A DNA stretch of 64,000 bases from Ignavibacteria bacterium (GTDB taxonomy: Bacteria > Bacteroidota > Ignavibacteria > Kapaibacteriales > UBA2268): the NCBI GenBank assembly GCA_037445895.1, contig JBBIJO010000003.1:14109-78108 (forward strand), written 5' to 3'. Shown in pieces: positions 39,109 to 47,173 of the stretch. Numbering within the stretch: the stretch's first letter is position 1; every line of letters begins with the position of its first letter. The notes under the pieces were generated by a model. It did not search any database and was not told the origin of the DNA. It saw nothing but the letters and a program-made list of their open reading frames with translations. Both the position numbers and the translations under genes were made by a program.

Positions 39109-39800
39109 TGGCACATAGCAAGATTTACATTTATAAAGGGTTCGAAAGGTTTTGGCACTGGATGCAAGCCCTTTTGATTTTTTTTCTTGCCTTCACAGGC
39201 TTCGAAATTCATGGTGTTTATCATTTTTTTGGATTTCGCGAAGCTGTCCGCTACCATAACGTTGCAGCTTATATGTTCATTGCATTGATAATTTTTGCAA
39301 TTTTTTGGCACCTTACTACTGGGGAATGGAAGAATTATATTCCAACGCTTAGAAACATAAAAGCACAATTGGATTATTATTTGTTTGGAATTTTCCGAAA
39401 TGCACCGCATCCAACAAAAAAATCTGTTTTGAGCAAGCTTAATCCTTTACAAAAAATTACTTACTTTGCTTTGAAAATATTAGTTATACCTTTAAGTGTA
39501 TCGTCGGGTTTGTTGTATATGTTTTTTCGTTACCCAACCCGCTATGGTATCGAAGAGATAAGTATCCAAAATTTGAAGTATATCGCTGTTTTTCATACTC
39601 TTGCTGCATTTTTTTTGGTTGCTTTTATTATTGCTCATTTATATCTAATTACAACGGGCAAAACAATCACTTCGAACCTTAAAGCAATGCTCACAGGTTA
39701 CGAAGAATTCGAAGACGATAAAGAGCAGAATGTTATAGAATCGGAAATAGAAAATCCAATCGAAAAGGTTACTTCACAAAAAGAAAGGGTAAAATTATGA
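39105..39800 (+). CDS. Membrane di-heme cytochrome b (Ni/Fe-hydrogenase b-type / cytochrome b561-like subunit).
   Basis: 231 aa with 4 TM helices and conserved His (FERFWHWMQALLIFFLAFTGFEIHG; HTLAAFFLVAFIIAHLYL). ATGA overlap with the octaheme gene. Confidence 0.7.
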   Translation: MMAHSKIYIYKGFERFWHWMQALLIFFLAFTGFEIHGVYHFFGFREAVRYHNVAAYMFIALIIFAIFWHLTTGEWKNYIPTLRNIKAQLDYYLFGIFRNAPHPTKKSVLSKLNPLQKITYFALKILVIPLSVSSGLLYMFFRYPTRYGIEEISIQNLKYIAVFHTLAAFFLVAFIIAHLYLITTGKTITSNLKAMLTGYEEFEDDKEQNVIESEIENPIEKVTSQKERVKL

Positions 39801-40315
39801 ACAAGATTAATTATATGAATCCGTATTTAGCTGGATTTCTTCTTGGATTACTTCTTATTGTTACAGTTTATATTACAGGCCGTGGTTTGGGAGCCAGTGG
39901 AGCATTCAAGAGCTATGTTGTGGCAAGCGCGGAAACCATAGCGCCGTTACATTCCGAAAATTCAAAATTTTATCGGGAGTACCGCAATGAACATAATAGT
40001 AGTAACCCTTTAATGAATTGGCTAGTTTTCGAGGTTACGGGGGTGTTAGTAGGTGCATTCATTTCTGGTTTAATTTCAAATAGGCTAACACTAACTTTGG
40101 AAAAAGGTCCTAATTTGACCAATAGGTTGCGAGTTGTGGCAGCCTTGATTGGTGGCGTTCTTTGGGGTGTGGGATCCCAGTTTGGTCGCGGGTGTACGAG
40201 TGGTGCTGCTTTAAGCGGTATGGCAGTTATGTCAACTGGAGGAATCATTACGATGTTTTCAATTTTTGCAGGAGCATATCTTTTTGCTTTTTTCTTCAGA
40301 AAACTGTGGATTTAA
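39797..40315 (+). CDS. YeeE/YedE-family (sulfur-transport, DUF395) membrane protein, half-size.
   Basis: Family signature GRGLGASGAF ... GSQFGRGCTSGAALSGM in a 172-aa product. ATGA overlap with the cytochrome b gene. Confidence 0.7.
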   Translation: MNKINYMNPYLAGFLLGLLLIVTVYITGRGLGASGAFKSYVVASAETIAPLHSENSKFYREYRNEHNSSNPLMNWLVFEVTGVLVGAFISGLISNRLTLTLEKGPNLTNRLRVVAALIGGVLWGVGSQFGRGCTSGAALSGMAVMSTGGIITMFSIFAGAYLFAFFFRKLWI

Positions 40316-40332
40316 TTTAAGGAGGTTAAGAT

Positions 40333-41523
40333 ATGGGACCTTTGGTGCCAGACGTTGTAAGTAATAACCTGAACTTGATTTTAGCTTTTTTCATTGGAAT
40401 TGCCTTTGGTGCAATTCTTGAACAGGCTGGGTTTTCATCGACAAGGAAACTGGTGGGTTTATTCTATGGATACGACTTCACTGTTCTTAGGGTCTTTTTT
40501 ACTGCTGGTGTTGTTGCAATGATAGGAGTTATGGCGCTTTCTCATTTTGGATTTATCGATATGAATTTAGTTTATGTAAACCCTACTTATCTTTGGTCGG
40601 CAATTATCGGGGGACTCATTATGGGTTTGGGGTTTGTGATTGGTGGTTTCTGTCCCGGCACAAGTATTTGTGCTGTTGCTATCGGAAAGGTTGATGCTAT
40701 TATATTTGTTATAGGAGTATTTTTAGGAGTGTTGATTTTTGCGGAGGGATATCCAGCTTTCGAAGGGTTGTATAAATCCGAATTTTGGGGAAATCCCAAA
40801 ATATTTGAAACATTGAGTATTTCCCCAAATTTATTCGCTTTAGCGATGGTGTGCTTTGCTATGCTTGCATTTTGGTTTGTTGGATTAGTCGAAAGAAAAG
40901 TTAATAAAGAACCTTTGAAGCAATTTAAATTAAGACCATATTATATAGTTCTTTCTATCGTAGGATTTATTCTTTTAGTTTCGGCTTTTACTCTCAAGGA
41001 TAGGAAGTCTGCTATTCTACAAGTTATTCAAGACGAACAGTATGTCAAATCGAACAAATTGGATGTAATGAACGTCGATGAATTTGCTTTCCGGTTGATG
41101 GACAATGAAGAAGAACTCGAAGTTGTCGATTTTAGGGAACCGAATGATGCAAAAACATTGCCTTTACCAAAATCCAAACTTTATACTATCGATAATTTAT
41201 TCGAGAAGGAACCAAGCAAACATTTGCAAGTTCGAGGGAAAAAATATGTGATTGTTGCTAATGATGAGTTTACGGAACGGAAAATCGGGGTGATTGTAAA
41301 TGAATTAGGGTTGAATAGAATGATGATTCTCGAAGGTGGGCTAAATTATTTTAAAGAACAAATAATCAATTTCAAACCGATTCAAAATCCTAAAACTTTG
41401 CTCGAAAGCTATACTAATCGGTTCCGGGAGAAAGCTAGCAAAATTATTCCTGTTCTTATAAATCGAAATAGAACGCTTCAACCAATAGAAAAAAAACAAC
41501 AGAGAGTTCTTGGGGGTTGTTAA
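40333..41523 (+). CDS. YeeE/YedE-family membrane domain fused to a C-terminal rhodanese-homology domain.
   Basis: N-terminal half carries GFVIGGFCPGTSICAVAIG (YeeE motif). The C-terminal 150 aa fit a rhodanese fold (VIVANDEFTERKIGVIVNELG) but have no Cys at the active-site-loop position. Confidence 0.65.
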   Translation: MGPLVPDVVSNNLNLILAFFIGIAFGAILEQAGFSSTRKLVGLFYGYDFTVLRVFFTAGVVAMIGVMALSHFGFIDMNLVYVNPTYLWSAIIGGLIMGLGFVIGGFCPGTSICAVAIGKVDAIIFVIGVFLGVLIFAEGYPAFEGLYKSEFWGNPKIFETLSISPNLFALAMVCFAMLAFWFVGLVERKVNKEPLKQFKLRPYYIVLSIVGFILLVSAFTLKDRKSAILQVIQDEQYVKSNKLDVMNVDEFAFRLMDNEEELEVVDFREPNDAKTLPLPKSKLYTIDNLFEKEPSKHLQVRGKKYVIVANDEFTERKIGVIVNELGLNRMMILEGGLNYFKEQIINFKPIQNPKTLLESYTNRFREKASKIIPVLINRNRTLQPIEKKQQRVLGGC

Positions 41524-41596
41524 TTGGTTAATTTCAGTTGGTTCCGAAAAAGTTTTTTACAAATGATGATATTTTATTAATTTTGTTTTTCGATAT

Positions 41597-41673
41597 GGCG
41601 AGCTTAGCTCAGTTGGAAGAGCATCAGATTGTGGCTCTGAGGGTCACGGGTTCGAGCCCCGTAGCTCGCCCCA
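41597..41673 (+). tRNA. tRNA-His (anticodon GTG) with genomically encoded G-1 and 3' CCA.
   Basis: Cloverleaf by eye: G-1, acceptor GCGAGCT/AGCTCGC, D-arm GCTC-AGTTGGAA-GAGC, anticodon stem TCAGA/TCTGA with loop TTGTGGC, T-arm ACGGG-TTCGAGC-CCCGT, discriminator C, CCA. Confidence 0.85.
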
Positions 41674-41746
41674 ATTGATTAGTCTATAATACCTTTTAAT
41701 TCCCTTTTTGTTATTTTTGTATTTGTTTAATTTTTTTGGTTATACA

Positions 41747-43786
41747 ATGAAACAAACATTGGCATTATCATTGTTAATTGCTTTACTATTTAATTTTTGT
41801 TCTACAAACAACGAAAGTGGCAAGATGAGATTGGTCGACAAACAAACAATACAAAAAACAATTAAAGTTTTAGTTGAAAAATATGGGGAACGAGACCGGG
41901 AAAGAATCGAGCGAGGTGTGAACCAAGTAGCAAATTTTTGGTATGAAGTCGATGGCTCGAAAAAAGATTTTTTTGAATTTTGCTCTAAAAATTTTGTTCC
42001 AAAATCCGACACGTTAGATGAAGTATTCACTCGGCTTTCAAATTATTTCGAGGTATTAGGCGGATATTTTAACAAAATAACGCTCGAATTGAACCGCCGA
42101 CTCCATCTCGATATGGGCGAAATTATGCCAATCGATTTAATGTTTGCTGGCTACGACCCATCAGCAAATTTAACCACCGATTTTTTCAGAAATAAAATTG
42201 CTTTCTATGTTATTTTGAACTTTCCAAATTATTCGCTCGACGAAAAAAATACATTAGGACGTAAATGGTCCCGGAAAGAATGGGCTTTTGCTCGTCTGGG
42301 GGATATATTTACCTCCCGCGTTCCTGCGGAGTTTCTTCAAAAAATTTCGGAAGCTACTACTGCAGCCGATTCCTACATCTCAGAATACAATATCTATGTT
42401 GGAAATCTTATCGATGATAAGGGAAACACTTATTTCCCGAAGGATAAAAAACTAATTTCGCACTGGAACCTAAGGGATGAGATTAAGTCTTTGTATGGCA
42501 AGGACAATGGTTTGTTCAAACAACAAATGATATATCGAGTGATGAAACATATAATTAACCAGACTATTCCGCAGCAAGTTATAAATAATTCGGAATATCA
42601 GTGGAACCCATTCAAAAATATATTGTTTCAAAATGGAAAAGAATTGCCTTTCAAGACCGAACCCAATACACGATACCAACACTTATTGAATAACTTCCTT
42701 GTTCGCAAGGCTGTCGATAAATTTTATCCTGAATATCCTACCTATATCAAACGAAAATTCGAATTGGAGTTTGAAATCTCCGAAAAAGACATTGAAAAAC
42801 TTTTTATCGATTTGATTTCATCGCCGACAGTCAGTAAAGTTGCAGAATTAATTAAAAAGCGATTGGGACGCAATCTTGAGCCATTCGATTTGTGGTATGA
42901 CGGATTCAAAGCTCGCAGTGCAATCCCCGAAGATGAACTTTCATTAACAACTAAAACCAAATACCCCAACCGCGAAGCGTTTGCAAAAGACTTACCAACT
43001 ATTTTAATGAAACTTGGCTTCACATCTGAGCTTGCTAATTTTATTGCCTCGAACGTTGAAGTTGACCCTTCACGTGGCGCTGGACATGCTTGGGGGGCGC
43101 AAATGCGTTCCGAAAAGGCACATCTTCGCACACGAATTGGCAAAGATGGAATGGATTACAAAGGATATAACATCGCAATTCACGAATTCGGACACAACGT
43201 TGAGCAAACCTTAACTTTGCAAAAAGTCGATTATTATATGCTTAATGGAGTGCCAAACACTGCATTCACAGAGGCAATGGCGTTTATTTTCCAAAAACGA
43301 GACCTCGAACTTCTTGGGATAAAAAATCCCAATGCAAATGCAACTCATTTAATGGCATTGGATAATTTCTGGGCTGCTTACGAAATTATGGGTGTGGCGC
43401 TTGTCGATATTTACGTATGGAATTGGATGTATCAAAATCCAAATGCTACCGCCGAAGAATTGAAAAATGCAACTATCAAAATAGCGAAGGAAGTTTGGAA
43501 TAAATATTATGCCCCTGTTTTTGGTGTGAAAGACGAGCCTATTTTAGCGATTTACTCACATATGATTGACTATCCTCTTTATCTTTCAGCATATCCATTG
43601 GGGCATATCATTGAATTTCAGATTGAAAGAAGCATCGAAGGGAAGAACCTTGCCGATGAACTTTATAGAATTTTGACTCAAGGTAGAATTACTCCACAAA
43701 TTTGGGTGGAAAATGCGGTTGGAAGCGAGATTTCAACGAAACCAATGATTGAGTCCGCCGAGGAGGCGCTCAAATTTGTTAATTAG
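41747..43786 (+). CDS. Putative lipoprotein zinc metallopeptidase (HEFGH gluzincin-like motif).
   Basis: Start at MKQTLALSLLIALLFNFCS (signal/lipobox). HExxH occurs as IAIHEFGHNVEQ with a downstream Glu (TEAMAF). Family not resolved. Confidence 0.45.
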   Translation: MKQTLALSLLIALLFNFCSTNNESGKMRLVDKQTIQKTIKVLVEKYGERDRERIERGVNQVANFWYEVDGSKKDFFEFCSKNFVPKSDTLDEVFTRLSNYFEVLGGYFNKITLELNRRLHLDMGEIMPIDLMFAGYDPSANLTTDFFRNKIAFYVILNFPNYSLDEKNTLGRKWSRKEWAFARLGDIFTSRVPAEFLQKISEATTAADSYISEYNIYVGNLIDDKGNTYFPKDKKLISHWNLRDEIKSLYGKDNGLFKQQMIYRVMKHIINQTIPQQVINNSEYQWNPFKNILFQNGKELPFKTEPNTRYQHLLNNFLVRKAVDKFYPEYPTYIKRKFELEFEISEKDIEKLFIDLISSPTVSKVAELIKKRLGRNLEPFDLWYDGFKARSAIPEDELSLTTKTKYPNREAFAKDLPTILMKLGFTSELANFIASNVEVDPSRGAGHAWGAQMRSEKAHLRTRIGKDGMDYKGYNIAIHEFGHNVEQTLTLQKVDYYMLNGVPNTAFTEAMAFIFQKRDLELLGIKNPNANATHLMALDNFWAAYEIMGVALVDIYVWNWMYQNPNATAEELKNATIKIAKEVWNKYYAPVFGVKDEPILAIYSHMIDYPLYLSAYPLGHIIEFQIERSIEGKNLADELYRILTQGRITPQIWVENAVGSEISTKPMIESAEEALKFVN

Positions 43787-44086
43787 AGTTGATTGTTAGT
43801 AGGGATGGATGAAAATTGGTTTAGGAACAAATGTAGTGGAATTTGTTTTATCTTTTGGATATTTTTATATAATTTGCAATAATAATTATAATTGCACTAA
43901 TTATAATCGCATAGCTTTGCCGGCGAGGCCTAATTTTCCTCTTTTGGGAGTTTTTGGCTATTATCCGTATTCGGACTCATTTCAAGAATCCGAAAAACTC
44001 ACACAAAAAGTAAGGCTTCCAGCAAAATACAATCCCCGTTCTTTCTCTATTTGCTTTGTTTTTAGTTATACTTTTTTCTTTTAAGA

Positions 44087-45424
44087 ATGAGATTGTTGTT
44101 TAAAGTAATATTTTTATTTTACTCCGTTAATTTATTATTTGGTTTCGATTCGGATACTTTGAGTAGGGTACCACGGAAACCGATAGTAAGATTTATTAGA
44201 ATTTTCGGGGAAAAGTCCGAACAAAATCCTCCAATACTGATTCTTAGAACCTCAAATTCCGGAATTAACCCAGAAATAGGCGATGCCCATCTTGTTGTTG
44301 AATTCGATGTTGATTCGAGAGTTCCTCCGAATTTGTATGCTCGGTTTTTTCATTGTTCATACGATTGGAATGAAGATGAGAACATTTTTCTCAACGATAT
44401 AACTGCACATCGCACAAGTAACATTTTTTGGGAGTCTGCCCCTATTAATTCTAAGTATTATTCATTTCGCGGGCGAATAACTATTCCCAATGAGCAGGTT
44501 AAATTCAGTTTTGCCGGAAATTGGAAAATTAAGCTTTTCGATTATGAGAATCCCGATTTGCCGTTAGCCGAAGCCAGATTCTTTATTGTTTCGCCACTTG
44601 TTGATGGTAAAATGACATTTTATTCCGATTTTTATAAACCCGAAAAGAATGTTACAGCTTCGGCTTTCGACGTAGAAGTGTCTGTTTTTAGTTCCAAGAC
44701 TTCAAATATCATAGAAAACAATCTTCATAGTGTGATACTTTACAGAAACCATCGTTGGAGCGAACCTTTTGTTATCTCTCAGTTTACTTTCAATGCTTTT
44801 AACAACAACCTTTTTCGGTATAAGTTCGAAACACAGATATATGGTTTTGTTTCGATGGGAAAAGTCTTTAGAATTGATGGTATTCCAGCAGAAAACGGTT
44901 ATCGGGTATTAAATCTTTCCGATTTAGCTCTTTATCCTTCGATATCAAGTGTTGTAAGAATGCCACTTTCCGATATTCGCCGCCGCGGAAGCTACATCGA
45001 ATCGCACGACGATGGTGCAATGATTACAACCTTTATAACTCCTAATTATGATGATTACGTTTATATGGAATTTATTCTCGACCCCGAAGGATGGAAAACC
45101 GATAACGATGTGTTTGTTGTAGGTTCTTTTAACAATTGGGAACCCACTCGCGATTGGCAAATGTATTACGATGATAAAAACAGGTTGTATAGGCTTCGTC
45201 AATGGGTTCGGCGCGCTCGCCATAATTATCTTTATGCAACTGCAAGAGTCAATTCCGACAATAGTACAATCGAGAAAATTGCCTTCGATGAATTCGAAGG
45301 AAATACTGTTACAAGTGGGCATACCTTTATAGCTTTCGTGTATTACCGAAATACAGGTTACGGAGGTTACGACGAAATAGTAGGTGTTGTTGCTGGCTCT
45401 TATTTCTCGTCCACTTTTCGTTAA
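44087..45424 (+). CDS. Hypothetical secreted protein with C-terminal CBM48/AMPK-beta-like glycogen-binding motif.
   Basis: Signal peptide. The C-terminal segment VFVVGSFNNWEP...YRLR matches the GSFNNW signature of CBM48/E-set domains. No catalytic motifs were seen. Confidence 0.45.
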   Translation: MRLLFKVIFLFYSVNLLFGFDSDTLSRVPRKPIVRFIRIFGEKSEQNPPILILRTSNSGINPEIGDAHLVVEFDVDSRVPPNLYARFFHCSYDWNEDENIFLNDITAHRTSNIFWESAPINSKYYSFRGRITIPNEQVKFSFAGNWKIKLFDYENPDLPLAEARFFIVSPLVDGKMTFYSDFYKPEKNVTASAFDVEVSVFSSKTSNIIENNLHSVILYRNHRWSEPFVISQFTFNAFNNNLFRYKFETQIYGFVSMGKVFRIDGIPAENGYRVLNLSDLALYPSISSVVRMPLSDIRRRGSYIESHDDGAMITTFITPNYDDYVYMEFILDPEGWKTDNDVFVVGSFNNWEPTRDWQMYYDDKNRLYRLRQWVRRARHNYLYATARVNSDNSTIEKIAFDEFEGNTVTSGHTFIAFVYYRNTGYGGYDEIVGVVAGSYFSSTFR

Positions 45425-45426
45425 TT

Positions 45427-46722
45427 CTATTTGGAATGTAATCTTTTGCTTTTGCTTGATTCATACTCGAGTTGGAGGATACGAATCTCTTGGTCAAGTA
45501 GTTTTTGATCGCGCCGAGCCATCACTATCTTTGCAGTTTCAATTGAGCGTTCAAAGCTGCCTAATGTAGAATTACTCCTATCGCCTCCCCACGTAAACGA
45601 TGGAATATATTTAGGTAATAGCCCGCTATGGTAAATGTTGCAACAAATTCCAGCAATAGTTCCTGAATTGAATGATGTATTGATGGCAGTTTTAGTATGG
45701 TCTCCGCAAATTAACCCCAAAAATGTTCGTCCTGTATCGAAACTCTCGGTTTCAATACGTACCGAAATTGATTCATAAGTATTTTTTAAATCCGATGTTG
45801 TTGTTCCAGCGCCAATATTGACCCATTCTCCAATGTAAGAATGCCCCAGGAACCCGTAATGTTGCTTATTTGAATAGGCTTGTAGTATCGAATTTTCGAT
45901 TTCACCCCCGACTTTACAGACTTCACCAATAGAAGTTCCTTGAAATATAGTAGAGCCGGATTTGATATTTGTTCTATTGCCAATAAACACGGGCCCTTCT
46001 ATGAAAGTAAATGGTTGAATTTGAACTCCCTCCCCAAGAATTATGGGACCCTTTGACGCATCGAGAACTACATTAGTAGAAATATATGAATCTTTACCAA
46101 TTGTTATTAAGTCTTCATTTATGAGTGAAATGCTGTTGCGTTTTAGTTGTTCGAAGTCAGCAAAATTGTCAAAAAATTTGAAATCTTCTGCAATACAATC
46201 AGAATTGTATTCAATGGCATCCCAAAGAAAGTTTATGATTCTTGGGGGCTCGATTGAAGTTTTTGGGAGTTTGTTAGAATATTTCTCAAGAATTAGCGGG
46301 AAGAATTCCAGATCGAAATCAGTAGGATTAACAATATCGTTTCGAGCAAGATATAAAGCAAGTGGAATGCCATTGGTTGCGAAAACAACCGATTTTGTTA
46401 GTTGTTGGGTAGCAAGGAATTTTTCGTAAGCTTCGAATAAGGACTGCCAAAATTTTTCTGTTGGCAAAATGCCTGCATTGATTATTAATACGTTGCCAAA
46501 CACTACATTGTCGGTATCGATGTTGAACTTTTTTAGAAACAACTCGAGGGTATTTTTCCGGTGGGAATGGAATAATATCTTTGCAGAGGGGAATCGACGT
46601 TGAATTTTTTCGAAGATACGAAAAGCTCCACACCGCACTTCCCACTGCATATGAAGGATACTGAAAGGATATAGGCTTCGAACATATTCATTCTCGAAAA
46701 TGAGAATATAATCGGGCGACAT
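45427..46722 (-). CDS. Putative sugar-nucleotidyltransferase with left-handed beta-helix (hexapeptide-repeat) domain, GlmU-like.
   Basis: N-terminal NTP-transferase-like region. C-terminal hexapeptide repeats (IGKDSYISTNVVL, IGNRTNIKSGSTI, IGEVCKVGGEIENS, IGEWVNIGAGTTT). Confidence 0.55.
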   Translation of the reverse strand: MSPDYILIFENEYVRSLYPFSILHMQWEVRCGAFRIFEKIQRRFPSAKILFHSHRKNTLELFLKKFNIDTDNVVFGNVLIINAGILPTEKFWQSLFEAYEKFLATQQLTKSVVFATNGIPLALYLARNDIVNPTDFDLEFFPLILEKYSNKLPKTSIEPPRIINFLWDAIEYNSDCIAEDFKFFDNFADFEQLKRNSISLINEDLITIGKDSYISTNVVLDASKGPIILGEGVQIQPFTFIEGPVFIGNRTNIKSGSTIFQGTSIGEVCKVGGEIENSILQAYSNKQHYGFLGHSYIGEWVNIGAGTTTSDLKNTYESISVRIETESFDTGRTFLGLICGDHTKTAINTSFNSGTIAGICCNIYHSGLLPKYIPSFTWGGDRSNSTLGSFERSIETAKIVMARRDQKLLDQEIRILQLEYESSKSKRLHSK

Positions 46723-47147
46723 TATTCTGCTTTAATTAGTTCGACTTCAATTATAAGTTTTGAATTTGGCGGTATATTCCGGAATGAACGATTTCCAAAA
46801 CCTAGTTCAGGCGGGATTATTAATTTCCTTTTTCCTCCAACTCTCATTGTTGCTACCCCTTCTTCGAGTCCTTCGATTGCATCTTTATTACCAAGGATAA
46901 ATGACATTGGAATTCCGCTTTTGTATGTGTCTTCGATTATAGTCCCATCCTCGGTTTTCATAATAAAGTTAATTTTAACTTTCTGTTTTGTTCTTGGGAT
47001 TTCTCCACTTCCAATGAAGATGTCGTAATATTGTAAGCCCGAAGGCGTTGTAATCCATTTTTCCGATTCTTTGCTTACTTTGGAAGAACTACAAGAGAAA
47101 AGAAAGATTAAAATTGTTCCCATTAGTAGCAAACTAAATGTTTTCAT
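46722..47147 (-). CDS. FKBP-type peptidyl-prolyl cis-trans isomerase, secreted/lipoprotein.
   Basis: Signal peptide plus LFSCSS. FKBP core: GIPMSFILGNKDAIEGLEEGVATMRVGGKRKLIIPPELGFG...IPPNSKLIIEVELI. Confidence 0.8.
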   Translation of the reverse strand: MKTFSLLLMGTILIFLFSCSSSKVSKESEKWITTPSGLQYYDIFIGSGEIPRTKQKVKINFIMKTEDGTIIEDTYKSGIPMSFILGNKDAIEGLEEGVATMRVGGKRKLIIPPELGFGNRSFRNIPPNSKLIIEVELIKAE

Positions 47148-47173
47148 ACTTCCTCCAATCAGTCTAGATAAAT

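Noticed and set aside
41708-41746. TTG-initiated 13-codon N-terminal extension of the metallopeptidase ORF.
   Set aside because: The ATG at 41747 gives a canonical lipoprotein signal peptide (MKQTLALSLLIALLFNFCS). The extension adds only hydrophobic residues before it.
43809-44084. 91-aa ORF in the spacer before the CBM48-like gene.
   Set aside because: The product is low complexity (N/Y/F-rich) with no RBS. It is more likely non-coding promoter or leader sequence.
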